A DNA stretch of 64,000 bases from an uncultured Gammaproteobacteria bacterium. GTDB lineage: Bacteria; Patescibacteriota; Patescibacteriia; SG8-24. Position 1 is the first letter of the stretch; each line of letters begins with the position of its first letter. This document shows positions 36,003-46,758 of the stretch, piece after piece. The stretch covers positions 263,538 to 327,537 of the forward strand of contig CAZBFO010000001.1 of NCBI GenBank assembly GCA_964491475.1, read 5' to 3'. The notes beneath the pieces are model-generated. The model was not told the DNA's origin. It did not search any database and was given only the letters and a program-made list of their open reading frames with translations. Position numbers and translations under genes: made by a program.

Positions 36003-38525
36003 CTATTTGGCCTGCTGCGGGGCCGCCGGCATCGCCTTGAGCTGGGTGCGCTCCAGAATCTCCTGCTCCACGATGGCCCGGTCGCGACCGAATTTGAGTC
36101 GGGAGAGCTGCTTCAGCGCCTCGCCGATGCGCTTGTCGCCGCGGATGGGCATCGGCGCCTTGAAGTTGAACGGCCGGCTGGCTTGGCTGCTGATGAGCAG
36201 CTTGGAGTTCCAGCTGAACTTTTCCACGTTGGTGAGGTCGAGCGCCGAGAACACCGGCGCGAATTCCTTCTCGAGCACCTCGCCGTCCTCGATGCCGATG
36301 CGGCCGATGAGCATGTTGCCCACGTTGCCCAGCACGGCGTCACGGATTTCGGTGTCGCCCTTGGGCGCCAGCTGACCCATGTACTGGTGGGCGATGATCA
36401 GGCCCAGGCGGTACTTACGGGCTTCGGAAAGAATCGTGGCGATCGACGGCGTGATGAAGTTCTGGAACTCGTCGATGTACAGGAAGAAGTCCTTGCGATC
36501 CTTCTCCGGCATGTTGGCACGGCTCATTGCCGCCATCTGCAGCTTGGTGACGATGATCAGGCCGAGCAGGTTGGCATTGATGTCGCCGATCTTTCCCTTG
36601 GACAGGTTCACCAGGAAAATCTTGCGGTTGTCCATGACCTGACTGAAGTCAAAGGCCGACTTCTGCTGGCCGATGATGTTGCGCATCATGGCATTCTCCA
36701 CGAAGCGGCCCACCTTGGAGATGAGGTAGCCGAGCATTTCGGACTTGTGGAAGTCGGAAGTCTTGTCCATTTCGTTCTCCCAGAACGAGCGCACCACCGG
36801 GTCGGTGACCTTCTTGCGCCACTCCTTTTGGAAATCGGCATCGGAGACCAGGCGCGGAATCTCGGCGATGGTGCCGGGGTTGTCCTTGTCGCTCATCAGC
36901 GTGAGCATGTAGTTGCGCATCTGGTGCTCGAACATCGGGCCGATCATCTCGGCGCCGAACAGCTTGTAGAAGATGGCCACCATTTCGCCGCAGACGAAGT
37001 CCTTCATCTCGTCGCTGGGAGCCTCGATCATGTTCAGCGCCACGGGGCGATCCAAGTCGGACGGATCGAAGACGATGACGTCGTCGGCACGTTCCTTGGG
37101 GATGCAGCTCAAAACGTTTTCCACCAGATCGCCGTGCGGATCGATGACCGCCACGCCGTCGCCGCGCTTGATGTCCTGGACGATCAGGTTGGCGATGTAT
37201 TCCGACTTGCCGGAACCCGATTTGCCGATGATGTACATGTGACGCAGGCGGTCTTCGGTCTTGATGTACACCTGGGTCTTCTCGCCGCGGTACTCCACGA
37301 AGCCCAAATGCAGTCCGTCCTTGGGAAGGTTGGTCGGCGGCGGCGCCTTGCGCGAGGTCAGCCAGCGGATGTTCGGCGTTTCGGTGGACGACAGCGGGAA
37401 GTGGCACAGGCTGGCCATCTCCTCGCCGCTCATGATCATCCGTTTCTTCTCGTCGAAGTGGCGGAAGATGAAGTCCTTGATGATCTTGTTGCCGGCGGCG
37501 CCCTTGACGATCTGGTTGCCGTACTGCGGAATGCTGTACTGCGAGAAGGCGTTGATGATGTTGTTGAGGTAGTTGTTGGCGGCCATGGGGGTGGCGGCCG
37601 AAGCCACCACCCGGATGACCACGTCCAGGCCGTACTTGGCGGCCTTGTCGTCGATGGCCTTGACCATCTCCTCTTCGGCCGCGCTCATGCGGCGCATTTC
37701 CTTCTTGTCGTCCTTCTTGCTTGCGACCATCGCGCCTGCCGTGGACAGCAGACTCTTGCCGCTCATGGCCTCCTTGAGCGTCTTGCCTTCGTTCATGCCT
37801 TTCACCACGGACAGCGGCAGCGTCCGCCATTCCTTCTTGGCCGAGCGCACGATGATCTGGATGGCGGCACCGTCGGTCTTTTCGACTTTGGCCAGCGCGT
37901 TGGTAAGGCTGTTGAGCGGATCGGATTCCTGTTTCTTGTAGGTCTTGATGGGGAAGAAGTACTCGCGCTTGAAAATCATGCGTGCGCCCACCGCCGTACC
38001 CTGCGGCTTGAAGATGTCGTAGTCGGACACCGGCTCGATCTGCGCCAGCGGAAACTGACCATGTATTTGCTGCTCCACGAACTCCTTGAGGTGGTGCGGC
38101 GCGGCCACGTAGAACGACACCAGACCGTCCTTGGCGACCATCTCGAACGAGACATGGTCGGCACGACCGACCATCCAGGCCCTGAACCCGCGCTCGGCGG
38201 TCAGGCCGCCGATCGAGGCGTAGACGTTCTCCATGATGGCGATCTTCTCCTGGACCTGTTGCAAGGACTTTTCCTGCTGGCCGGATTCGCCCTTTTCGGA
38301 CTGTTCCTTGGGAACGGTCACCAGCATCACTTCCATCTTGAAGGCCACGTCGGACTGGTACTTGGCGCGCATGCGCGAACGCACGATCGCAAAGGCGATC
38401 CAGACGGCCAGAAGCGCGAACAGCGCCAGACCGACGAGGATGCCGGCGGGTCCGGTCGCGGACGACAACGCAGACGACGCATTGAGGTTTTTCACGAAGG
38501 CGAGTTGGAACAGCGCGAATGGCAT
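36003..38525 (-). CDS. Membrane-anchored VirD4/TraG/HerA-like ATPase
   Basis: RHMYIIGKSGSGKS, IDPHGDL, LYIDEFQNF, LSEARKYRL, AHQY; one N-terminal TM. Confidence 0.9.
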   Translation of the reverse strand: MPFALFQLAFVKNLNASSALSSATGPAGILVGLALFALLAVWIAFAIVRSRMRAKYQSDVAFKMEVMLVTVPKEQSEKGESGQQEKSLQQVQEKIAIMENVYASIGGLTAERGFRAWMVGRADHVSFEMVAKDGLVSFYVAAPHHLKEFVEQQIHGQFPLAQIEPVSDYDIFKPQGTAVGARMIFKREYFFPIKTYKKQESDPLNSLTNALAKVEKTDGAAIQIIVRSAKKEWRTLPLSVVKGMNEGKTLKEAMSGKSLLSTAGAMVASKKDDKKEMRRMSAAEEEMVKAIDDKAAKYGLDVVIRVVASAATPMAANNYLNNIINAFSQYSIPQYGNQIVKGAAGNKIIKDFIFRHFDEKKRMIMSGEEMASLCHFPLSSTETPNIRWLTSRKAPPPTNLPKDGLHLGFVEYRGEKTQVYIKTEDRLRHMYIIGKSGSGKSEYIANLIVQDIKRGDGVAVIDPHGDLVENVLSCIPKERADDVIVFDPSDLDRPVALNMIEAPSDEMKDFVCGEMVAIFYKLFGAEMIGPMFEHQMRNYMLTLMSDKDNPGTIAEIPRLVSDADFQKEWRKKVTDPVVRSFWENEMDKTSDFHKSEMLGYLISKVGRFVENAMMRNIIGQQKSAFDFSQVMDNRKIFLVNLSKGKIGDINANLLGLIIVTKLQMAAMSRANMPEKDRKDFFLYIDEFQNFITPSIATILSEARKYRLGLIIAHQYMGQLAPKGDTEIRDAVLGNVGNMLIGRIGIEDGEVLEKEFAPVFSALDLTNVEKFSWNSKLLISSQASRPFNFKAPMPIRGDKRIGEALKQLSRLKFGRDRAIVEQEILERTQLKAMPAAPQQAK

Positions 38526-38535
38526 GGGCGTCCGG

Positions 38536-39048
38536 TTAATCCTCGAAGACCCCGTCGGCGGCACGGCGCTCCTTGACGATGGCCATGACGTTGTCGGTCT
38601 TGATCTTGCCTTCCTGCAGCAGAAACCACTGGTTAACGCGGGGAATGGTGCGGAGCCAGCGGACGATCACCGAATGGAAGGCGTTGGGGCGGGTCTTCTT
38701 CTGGTCGATCAGGGTGCGGACCTCCTCGGCTGCCTTTTCGCCTTCGGCGCGGAACTTGGCGCGAGCGTCCTTTGGCATGGCGTAGTACGCATCCCACAGG
38801 TTCTCTTCGAGCACGCGTTCCACTTTCATCCGCGTTTCGTCCTTGGTCACCGGTGCGGGGGCGGAAGCGGGCGCCGGGGCGGCCGCTGGCGTCGGAGCAG
38901 GCGTCTGGGAAGGCTCGGGTGCACGAACCTCGGCGCTCGGGCTGGGCGCCTCCCTGTTCGGCTCTGATTCCTTCGCGGTTTCCGGGGAACGCGGCGCCTC
39001 GGGCGGCTTTTCCATGCCCATTCCGGCTCCCATTTCGCCGTTCATCAT
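38536..39048 (-). CDS. Conserved hypothetical protein upstream of the ATPase
   Basis: Pro-rich N-terminus, C-domain WLRTIPRVNQWFLLQEGKIKTD. Confidence 0.78.
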   Translation of the reverse strand: MMNGEMGAGMGMEKPPEAPRSPETAKESEPNREAPSPSAEVRAPEPSQTPAPTPAAAPAPASAPAPVTKDETRMKVERVLEENLWDAYYAMPKDARAKFRAEGEKAAEEVRTLIDQKKTRPNAFHSVIVRWLRTIPRVNQWFLLQEGKIKTDNVMAIVKERRAADGVFED

Positions 39049-39165
39049 ACGCGGTTTAGCCTATGTATCCGGCTACAGCATACCACGAAGCCGGTTGGCG
39101 AACCAAAGCCGAGTTCTCCCCAATGCAGCTGGTTTAGCCGACAGGGCAAATGCTATGATGCACCC

Positions 39166-40131
39166 ATGCCTCAACGACGCAGTGAGCCAAAAAAACCCAG
39201 GAGCCGCGCGGAGCAGGTGTTCGTCGGCAGCCCCGTCACCTGGCGCAACGTGCTCGATCCGGACCAGGCCGCGCTAAAGGAGCTCAAGCAGCTGTACCCG
39301 TTCCTGCTGGAAGAAGACCTGCAGGACTGCCTGCCGCCGTTCCAACGGCCGAAGATGCTCCGCCGCGAAGGGTACCTGTTCCTGGTACTGCTCTTCCCCG
39401 TGTACGACGACCGGACCCGTACCATCCTCCCCTACGAGGTCGATTTTTTCGTGGGCAAGGATTTTTTGGTCACCAGCCACAACGGCTCTCATCCGGCGCT
39501 CACTTCGCTGGCCGAGGCATGCAACGCCGACACCGGCACCTGCACCGTCCGCCCCGGCGACACCGCGCTGCGTCTGACGCTCGACATCATCCACGGCTTG
39601 ACCGTGGCCTGCTACCCGATGGTAACGGAGCTTTCCAACCAGCTGATTGGCGTCGAGAAGGAGCTGTTCGCTGACGAGGGCGACGGCGAGATCACCAAGA
39701 AGATGCTGCGCATCCGCACCAGCGTGGCCGGCTTCCGCAAGGCCACCGAAGGTTCCGACAACGTGCTGCGCAAGCTGACAGACAAAGGCAGCGCGATGTT
39801 CGCCGTCGAGGAATATCGCGCCCAGATCGAAGACATCACCATGCACGGCCGCGAAATCCGCGAGTTCCTGGAGAACGACCGCGACACCGTCTCGGCGCTG
39901 TACGACGCGCACCTGGCAATGGTCTCCTACCGCGCCACGCAGGCCACCAAAACCCTGACCGCGCTGGCCTTCATCATCTTCCCCATGACGCTGGTGGCCG
40001 CCGTGTTCTCGATGCGAGCCGAACACATGCCCATCATCGGCATGCGCGACGACTTTTGGCTGATTTTGGCGCTGATCTTCGCCATGATGCTGGTCCTGCT
40101 GGCACTGATGCGCAAGAAGCGCTGGCTGTAA
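39166..40131 (+). CDS. CorA-family divalent cation transporter (variant motif)
   Basis: QRPK, YLFLVLLFP, EVDFFVG, two C-terminal TMs; the GMN position reads SMR. Confidence 0.85.
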   Translation: MPQRRSEPKKPRSRAEQVFVGSPVTWRNVLDPDQAALKELKQLYPFLLEEDLQDCLPPFQRPKMLRREGYLFLVLLFPVYDDRTRTILPYEVDFFVGKDFLVTSHNGSHPALTSLAEACNADTGTCTVRPGDTALRLTLDIIHGLTVACYPMVTELSNQLIGVEKELFADEGDGEITKKMLRIRTSVAGFRKATEGSDNVLRKLTDKGSAMFAVEEYRAQIEDITMHGREIREFLENDRDTVSALYDAHLAMVSYRATQATKTLTALAFIIFPMTLVAAVFSMRAEHMPIIGMRDDFWLILALIFAMMLVLLALMRKKRWL

Positions 40132-40139
40132 TCTCGGAC

Positions 40140-40186
40140 AAAACCCCCTCGCGCGGGTGCCCCCGCCGCCCGCGCGAGGGGGTTTT
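40140..40186. terminator. Bidirectional terminator between corA-like and cysS
   Basis: AAAACCCCCTCGCGCGGG / CCCGCGCGAGGGGGTTTT stem. Confidence 0.8.
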
Positions 40187-40195
40187 CGTGCCCCA

Positions 40196-41626
40196 TCAGA
40201 TGCGCTTGATGCGACGCCCCTCGGGAGTATCTTCGACCAGGTAGCCGCGGCTCTTGAGCTCGTCGCGGACGGTGTCGGCCTCGGCGAAGCGCTTTTCGCG
40301 GCGGGCCTCGTCGCGCTTGTCGATCAGCGACAGGATGCTGGCTGGGATATCGGCCTCGTCGGTGCTGACGCCGAAGGAAAAGCCCAGCACATTGCCGACG
40401 TCGTCGAAGAAAGCGATGGCCGCCTGGCGCGCCTTCTTGGTCAGCTCGCCCTTGGCGATGCGGTCGTTGGTGACGCGCACGAACTCGAACACGGCAGCCA
40501 AGGCTTCGGCCACGTTCAGGTCGTCGTCGAGCGCTCCCGTGAACGCCTCGGTGGCCTTCTTGGCTTCGGCGTCTGCAGTTCCCCCTTCCTGCGGCGTGGA
40601 CTGCCTGACCGCGTCGACGGCGGCGTCGATGCGTGCCAACGCCGCGCGCGCGCCGTCCAAGCCGTGCAGGGTGAAGTTCAGTGAGCCGCGGTAGTGCGTG
40701 GACAACAGCTGGTAGCGGATGCTGCGCGGGTCGTATCCGCGAGCAACCAGGTCGTCGAGGGTATAGAAGTTTCCCTTGGACTTGGACATTTTGACGCCAT
40801 CGACCAGCAGATGGGTGGCGTGCAGCCAGTACTTCACGAAGGTCTTGCCGCTGGCGGCCTCGGACTGGGCGATCTCGCACTCGTGGTGCGGGAACTTGTT
40901 GTCCTCGCCGCCGGTGTGGATGTCGATGGTCTCGCCCAGGTACTTGGTGGCCATGGCCGAGCACTCGATGTGCCAGCCGGGATAGCCCTTGCCCCAGGGC
41001 GCTTCCCACTGCAGCAGGTGCTTGGGGTTGTAAATCCAGAGCGCGAAGTCGGCGGGGTGGCGCTTTTCGTCGCGCACCTCGATGCGAGCGCCGGCGTCGA
41101 GCGCGTCGAGCGTGTTGCCGGAGAGGGCGCCGTAGTCCTTGAAGGAAGTGACGTCAAAATAGACGCTCGTTCCCCCGTCCTTCTCCACCTTATAGGCGTG
41201 GCCGTTCTCCAGCAGCTTGGCGATGATGGCGATCATCTCGGGCACGTGGTCGCTGGCCTTGGGGTAGACGCTGGCCGGCTTCATGCCCATGCGGCCGATG
41301 TCGCGGAAGAAGGCGTCGGTGTAGAACTGCGCCACTTCTGCCGGCGTCTTGCCGGCTTTCTCGGCGGCCACTTCCATCTTGTCCTCGCCTTCGTCGGCGT
41401 CGGCCAGCATGTGCCCGACGTCGGTGATGTTCATCACCTGCGTCACTACGAAGCCGCGGTACTCCAAGTAGCGTCGCAGCAGGTCGGCCAGCAGGAACGA
41501 GCGCAGGTTGCCGATGTGGATGTAGTCGTAGACCGTGGGACCGCAGTTGTACATGGTCACACGCCCCTTTTTGAGGGGTTTGAACTCCAGGTCGGACTTG
41601 GTCAGCGAGTCGTGAAAACGCAGCAT
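40196..41626 (-). CDS. cysS: Cysteine--tRNA ligase
   Basis: [31 protein letters not shown]. Confidence 0.98.
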   Translation of the reverse strand: MLRFHDSLTKSDLEFKPLKKGRVTMYNCGPTVYDYIHIGNLRSFLLADLLRRYLEYRGFVVTQVMNITDVGHMLADADEGEDKMEVAAEKAGKTPAEVAQFYTDAFFRDIGRMGMKPASVYPKASDHVPEMIAIIAKLLENGHAYKVEKDGGTSVYFDVTSFKDYGALSGNTLDALDAGARIEVRDEKRHPADFALWIYNPKHLLQWEAPWGKGYPGWHIECSAMATKYLGETIDIHTGGEDNKFPHHECEIAQSEAASGKTFVKYWLHATHLLVDGVKMSKSKGNFYTLDDLVARGYDPRSIRYQLLSTHYRGSLNFTLHGLDGARAALARIDAAVDAVRQSTPQEGGTADAEAKKATEAFTGALDDDLNVAEALAAVFEFVRVTNDRIAKGELTKKARQAAIAFFDDVGNVLGFSFGVSTDEADIPASILSLIDKRDEARREKRFAEADTVRDELKSRGYLVEDTPEGRRIKRI

Positions 41627-41668
41627 AATGACAGATGTCCTCCACTCTACCCTCGCCAAGTCCCAGTA

Positions 41669-42322
41669 TCAAGGGGCTCGGAGGGCCTTTGGAGGCGAGT
41701 CGGACGGCTTCCCCGTCGTCATGAAAACGGGAACGCCGATGACGATGGCGCTTGCGGTGAACTGTTCCTTTTCCTTGATGTCCTCGCCGGACATGGCTTC
41801 GACGACGATTCCCGGACGAACGTCGGCAAGCGTCGCCTTCGTGTCGACATACGGCATGGGATGCGAACCGCGCCGACCCTTTGCGTCGTAGTCCTGCAGT
41901 TCCTTCATGAAAATTGAGGCATCCTTCTGCGTCCGCACCGCGAACGACGTCTTTGCGTCGACCATGACCGTCCTTTCCTCGGGTATCGACGAATATTCGC
42001 TCGGCCAAGATTCCACTTGCATGGCGAACGATGCGGCCCCGACGTTCATGACGTGTCCGGATACGGTGAGCAATGTCTTCGGCTCAAACGGGGAAGGTCC
42101 GCGGACGACCGGCGCAGCAGACGGTTCCCGTGCCGCATGCGGAGATGCCTCCTGGTGCGCCCGAAAGCTCCCGGTGTCCTTAGCATCCCCGACCGTCAAG
42201 GCGCGATCAGAGGGCGGTGCGCTGCGTCCGAAGGAGTAACCGATGAGCGTGCCTACGGCCATAGACGCGGCCACCAGTGCCAAAATCGAACCGGTCATGG
42301 ATTGTGGATGTCTTTCGCTCAT
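41669..42322 (-). CDS. Membrane-anchored beta-rich protein, paralog 1 (DUF5666-like)
   Basis: N-terminal TM (GTLIGYSFG); VSGHVMNV..SF, RTVMVDAKT, DVRPG motifs. Confidence 0.72.
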   Translation of the reverse strand: MSERHPQSMTGSILALVAASMAVGTLIGYSFGRSAPPSDRALTVGDAKDTGSFRAHQEASPHAAREPSAAPVVRGPSPFEPKTLLTVSGHVMNVGAASFAMQVESWPSEYSSIPEERTVMVDAKTSFAVRTQKDASIFMKELQDYDAKGRRGSHPMPYVDTKATLADVRPGIVVEAMSGEDIKEKEQFTASAIVIGVPVFMTTGKPSDSPPKALRAP

Positions 42323-42411
42323 GGAAATGCCTTACGTAGACGGCGGAGACCGTCGTCACATGCAGAAAATCGGACCCCGAGCGCGGAATCCGATTCCTGC
42401 CTTAGCAATCG

Positions 42412-43128
42412 TTAGCGCGGCGCCTGACCGCTTGGGACGACTACGGGCGGAATGGCCGCACCCGCAGACGGCGGGCCTACTGGCGCATCCGAAGGAGGCA
42501 GAGGGACCGTCGCTCGCTGCAAATCCGGAGGCGCGGCGTTCTTGTCCAAGGAAACGGTCGCGGCCGCGAACTTCGGCTGTGCCTTCACGTCGCCAGTGGT
42601 CTCAATCTGTACGTGCATGCCGACCTTCACGTCCCCGATGCTGCCAATTGCCGTTTCGAACTGGGAAGGAGGGGCTATGTCGGTAACCGGAGGCGTTGCG
42701 GAACCGGTCGGAGGCGCGAGCACAGGCTTCTTGAAAGCCTGCAGCTCCTTCGCTACTGCCGCAGGATCCCTGGGTGACCTGACGTTGATTTTCGTGTTGG
42801 CGTCGATGACGACCTCACGTGTCAATGGAACGTCAGTAACGAGAGGGTTCAGCACTTGGTCGTCGACAGTGACGGTAAAAGACGACTCCCCGACGTTCGT
42901 TACCGTACCCGTCAGATGGCGCAACTCCTTCGGTTCCGGAACCAGCACGCCCGACCGCTCAAGCTTGTCTTTAGCGGCGGCATATCCCTGACTGTAGCCA
43001 TCCGAAAGGAGTCCTTTTCCCGGCGCCGTCGAGGTCGTGCCGTACTTGCAGGCGGCGTAACCAATGACGAGACCGACGGTCAGCGCCACGGCGAAGATCG
43101 CCGGCACCAGACCAGACATTTTCTTCAT
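42412..43128 (-). CDS. Membrane-anchored beta-rich protein, paralog 2
   Basis: TM (GLVIGYA); LTGTVTNV..SF, REVVIDANT, DVKVG; Pro-rich tail. Confidence 0.75.
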   Translation of the reverse strand: MKKMSGLVPAIFAVALTVGLVIGYAACKYGTTSTAPGKGLLSDGYSQGYAAAKDKLERSGVLVPEPKELRHLTGTVTNVGESSFTVTVDDQVLNPLVTDVPLTREVVIDANTKINVRSPRDPAAVAKELQAFKKPVLAPPTGSATPPVTDIAPPSQFETAIGSIGDVKVGMHVQIETTGDVKAQPKFAAATVSLDKNAAPPDLQRATVPLPPSDAPVGPPSAGAAIPPVVVPSGQAPR

Positions 43129-43151
43129 GTTTGGCATGTCTCCCATAGGCG

Positions 43152-46100
43152 TCATAGCTGATTGCAATACACGTACTGTCCACCGCTCCATACCTGCGTC
43201 ACGAAGTAGCCGTTGGGGCAAGCGCAGGAATTGCCCGGTGCGCAGTACACCCAACCGTAACCGGCACCGTCACTGTTGCCCGAGGCAACCAGGTCGTAGT
43301 AGACGGTCGCGCCCCATGAGGTGATGCCGCCATAGGCATAAATGTTACCGCTCGCCGACATCCAACTGGAAGAGGAGAGCGTACTCACACTCGTGGCGCC
43401 GGCGCTAAGACTGCCGGAAATGGACGCGTTACCGCTGTTGTTGAGCGTGCCGGATCCAAGGAAGGAATACGGACCGCTTCCGTAGACGCCGGCGTAGGTT
43501 CCCGTGCCGTAGACGCCATACGAACCGCCATTGCCGTACACGCCGTAGGTGCCGCCAGAACCCTGACCGTAAACGCCCGTGGAAGTACCTGAACCGATGA
43601 CGCCGTAGAATCCGGAACCCTGCACGCCGTAAGTTTGGCCGGTTCCCGAAACGCCGATACCTCCCCCCGCATTGACGGTGCCCTGAACGCCGATCCAGCT
43701 GCTCGTACCGAACAAACCGTAATTTGAACCGCTGCCGTAGACGCCGTAGGTGCCGCCAGTGCCGTTGACGCCGTATGATCCGCCGTTGCCCGCGACGCCC
43801 GTGGTGGAACCGACGCCCGCGACGCCATAGGAACCGTTACCGTAGAGGCCGTAATTTCCTCCTTGTCCCCAGACGCCGTAGGTGTTACCGCTGCCATACA
43901 TGCCGGTGCCGATACCGGTGCCGTACACGCCAAAAGTGCCGTTACCGTACACGCCGTAGGTGCCGCCGTTGCCGTAGACGCCGTAGGTGCCGGAAGAGCT
44001 GAAGCTGCCACCGGTCGTAGAACCGCTTCCATAGACACCTTGTGTTCCGCCAGCGAACCAGCCGCCCCAATTAGGTCCGGTACCGTAGACGCCGATACCC
44101 GCACCGCCCGTCGAAGTACCGGAGACGCCGTAGCTGGGACCTTCGCCATAGACGCCATAGGCGCTGCCGTAACCGCGAACGCCCATGTTGCTGCTGGGAG
44201 AGACGCCCGCGCCGAGATTGGACTGGACGTAAGCGTCACCGAGCACCATCAGCTTTTGGCCCGATGCCGAGCCGCCGATGCCGACGGTCGTGCCGTTATC
44301 GACGATCTGCGAATTGCCTATGCTCGAGGCGGCAGTGAACTTCGGTACGTAGTTGGCGGTGCCGCTGCCCGTCACGCCTGCCACATTCGTGTCCGTAATC
44401 GTGACCGCGCCGGTCGAGCCGGAGAGGCTGATGCCCGAACCGGCCGTGAGCGACGTCACGCCCGTGTTCGAGAAGGTCACCGCGCCGGTAGCGCCGGACA
44501 CGCCGATGCCGGTGCCGGCCGTGGCGGAGGTGACGCCGGTGTTGGAAACGACGACCGCGCCCGTGGTGGGAGCGACGGAAATGCCAGATCCGGATCCGGA
44601 GACGGAAGTGACCGGCGCAGAGGCAGCTGTCGTCCAAGTGCCGTTGCCGGAAGCGTCAGAAGTGAGCACCTTGCCCGCGCCAGCGCCCGTGGCCATCAGG
44701 AAGCCGGTCATCTTGGCGGTGCCGTTGACGTCGAGTTTCTGCGTCGGGACGGCGACGCCGAGACCGAGGTTGCCGGACAAGTAGCTCTGGCCGCCGGCAG
44801 AATAGAGGGCGTACTTGTTGGTGCCGACGCCGATGGAGTCGATGTAGATGCCGTAGTTATTGGTGAGGGTTCCGGACGGCGTACCGCTCTGGTAAACGCG
44901 CAAGCCGTAGGCGTTGGTGACGTTGGCGGGGTTGCCGAAGTACAGGTTCGAGTACATGCCGTACAGGTTGGTGATGGTACCTGAACCGCCGTTCGAGGCG
45001 GCACCGTAAACGCCGGCCATGTCCGTCACCGCGCCGGAGCCGCTGCGGTACACTTCGCCGTTGACCGCGTAGGCGGACTGCGTCGTTCCGCTATGACCGA
45101 CGACCACGTTGGCCTCGATGCCGCTCAACCAGCTGGTGAAGTTGGTCGCTCCGGCAGAGCTGGTATCGACGTCGGCGTAAATGGCATCGAACCAGCTGGC
45201 CGGGCTGGCCGACGGAACCGGCTTGATGATGTTGGACATGCCCAGGCCGATGTTGCCGGTCAGGTTCTCCGAGATGTTCGTGACGTAATTGGTGCTGGTG
45301 CTCGCGGTCGCGCCGAAGGCCGAATGGCCGGCGACGGTCAGCTTGCCGCTGGTGGAAGTGTCGCCAGCCGAGGTGACCTTGAACTGCGAGGTGGGACCGA
45401 CGGAGAGCAGGGCGGTAGGCGCGGCATTGCCGATACCGACGTTGGTGCCGTCATCGAACACCAGCGAATTGCCGATGGCGCTGGCAGAGGTGAACTTGGC
45501 GTGGTAATTGGTGGTGCCGCTGCCCGTGATGCCGGACTGCGTGGTCCAGGTGCCGTTGCCGGAGGCATCGGAAACCAGCACCTTGCCCGCGCCCGCGCCG
45601 GTCGTCAGCTGCAAGCCGGTCATCTTGGCGGTGCCGTTGACATCAAGAAGAGTGCCCGGTGTCGAGGTGCCGATGCCGACGTAGCCGTTTTGATCGATCC
45701 TGACGCGCTCGGCGCGGGTCGTCGAGCCGTTGGGGGTGGTTTCAAGCGTGAGCAAGGTGCCATGCGCGGCATCGGTCTGATTTTCCGCAGCGCGGATGAT
45801 GAAGGCGCCGTTGCTCAATGACGAGAACCCCGTGGTGCCATAGGCCCGGCCGCTGAAGAACGCCAGGGCGTCACCGGACTGCGCGGCGGTAGGCGCGGCG
45901 GTGGTTCCACGCGCGCGGCGTCCCGTGAAGTTCGAGGCAACCGCCGAGCCGTAGGAGTCGACGTTCGCCGCCACGGGGTCGACGGTGCCGACGATGTTCA
46001 GGCTGCCGGTCGGCGTAGAAGTACCGATGCCCAAGCTGCCGTACAAGCCCATGTACATGCTGGTGCCGCCCGAACCCCAGTTGCCGACGTTCAGCGTGGT

Positions 46101-46607
46101 CACGCCGGAGCCGTCGACGCGGATGGCCTTGCCGCTGGAGAGGTAGGCGTCGCCGCCGCTCGACTTGAGGTCGCCAGTGACGCTGATGTAGCCGGTCTGC
46201 GCGGACGACGGGCTGATGAGGACGTAAGGGTTGTCGCAGGTGTCGGCGCAGACGTTCCAGGTGCTGCCGGTGGGGCAGGTGCGGTTAGTGACGCAAGAGC
46301 CGGAGCTGGAACATTGCGTCGTGCCTGACGGGCACACGCAGCTCAACGACGAGCAGTCATACACCTGCGTGGACGAAGTGCACGGACGAGAATCCGATTG
46401 GCACGAGGCGTCAGACGCCCGGTACAGCAGGCCGCCGAAGCAGGTGGTGCCGCCGCCCGAGGTGGGACAGGCGCAGGAGGCCTGCGTGGAGTTGTAGGGG
46501 CAGGTCTGGGCGGATGCGGCAACGGGCAGCAAGGTCGAACCAGCTGCGATGAGCAAAGAAGCAACGACACTAACGAAGACTGCGGCTCGAGAACGGGCCA
46601 TACGCAT
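43152..46607 (-). CDS. Large secreted Gly/Ser/Thr-rich fibre-like protein 1 (1151 aa)
   Basis: Signal peptide, 14-Cys N-domain, VGIGTxTP segments, GVTSxxAGxGI shaft repeats, many YGVYG repeats, Cys-rich C-tip. Confidence 0.88.
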   Translation of the reverse strand: MRMARSRAAVFVSVVASLLIAAGSTLLPVAASAQTCPYNSTQASCACPTSGGGTTCFGGLLYRASDASCQSDSRPCTSSTQVYDCSSLSCVCPSGTTQCSSSGSCVTNRTCPTGSTWNVCADTCDNPYVLISPSSAQTGYISVTGDLKSSGGDAYLSSGKAIRVDGSGVTTLNVGNWGSGGTSMYMGLYGSLGIGTSTPTGSLNIVGTVDPVAANVDSYGSAVASNFTGRRARGTTAAPTAAQSGDALAFFSGRAYGTTGFSSLSNGAFIIRAAENQTDAAHGTLLTLETTPNGSTTRAERVRIDQNGYVGIGTSTPGTLLDVNGTAKMTGLQLTTGAGAGKVLVSDASGNGTWTTQSGITGSGTTNYHAKFTSASAIGNSLVFDDGTNVGIGNAAPTALLSVGPTSQFKVTSAGDTSTSGKLTVAGHSAFGATASTSTNYVTNISENLTGNIGLGMSNIIKPVPSASPASWFDAIYADVDTSSAGATNFTSWLSGIEANVVVGHSGTTQSAYAVNGEVYRSGSGAVTDMAGVYGAASNGGSGTITNLYGMYSNLYFGNPANVTNAYGLRVYQSGTPSGTLTNNYGIYIDSIGVGTNKYALYSAGGQSYLSGNLGLGVAVPTQKLDVNGTAKMTGFLMATGAGAGKVLTSDASGNGTWTTAASAPVTSVSGSGSGISVAPTTGAVVVSNTGVTSATAGTGIGVSGATGAVTFSNTGVTSLTAGSGISLSGSTGAVTITDTNVAGVTGSGTANYVPKFTAASSIGNSQIVDNGTTVGIGGSASGQKLMVLGDAYVQSNLGAGVSPSSNMGVRGYGSAYGVYGEGPSYGVSGTSTGGAGIGVYGTGPNWGGWFAGGTQGVYGSGSTTGGSFSSSGTYGVYGNGGTYGVYGNGTFGVYGTGIGTGMYGSGNTYGVWGQGGNYGLYGNGSYGVAGVGSTTGVAGNGGSYGVNGTGGTYGVYGSGSNYGLFGTSSWIGVQGTVNAGGGIGVSGTGQTYGVQGSGFYGVIGSGTSTGVYGQGSGGTYGVYGNGGSYGVYGTGTYAGVYGSGPYSFLGSGTLNNSGNASISGSLSAGATSVSTLSSSSWMSASGNIYAYGGITSWGATVYYDLVASGNSDGAGYGWVYCAPGNSCACPNGYFVTQVWSGGQYVYCNQL

Positions 46608-46662
46608 GCATGTATTAGTAAATCGCGTTCAGCATAGCACAAAAAAAGGTAAAAAGTTTAAC

Positions 46663-46671
46663 TTATCCACA
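46663..46671 (+). promoter_or_regulatory. Perfect DnaA-box in a divergent promoter region
   Basis: TTATCCACA. Confidence 0.5.
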
Positions 46672-46758
46672 GATGAAGGCCGAAAACGGCACTGACTGCG
46701 CGTCCTCCACGGTTCTGCTATACTCACGGCGTTTTCACCCCACCCTCATCAAATCGCC

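Noticed and set aside
13344-38576. Long antisense ORFs (e.g. 13344-15659, 15830-17422, 23537-25273, 35976-38576)
   Set aside because: Shadow frames of well-supported genes in GC-rich DNA; no motifs or start signals.
46620-46700. Replication origin
   Set aside because: Only one DnaA box per site; no box cluster, no clear unwinding element and no dnaA/dnaN nearby.
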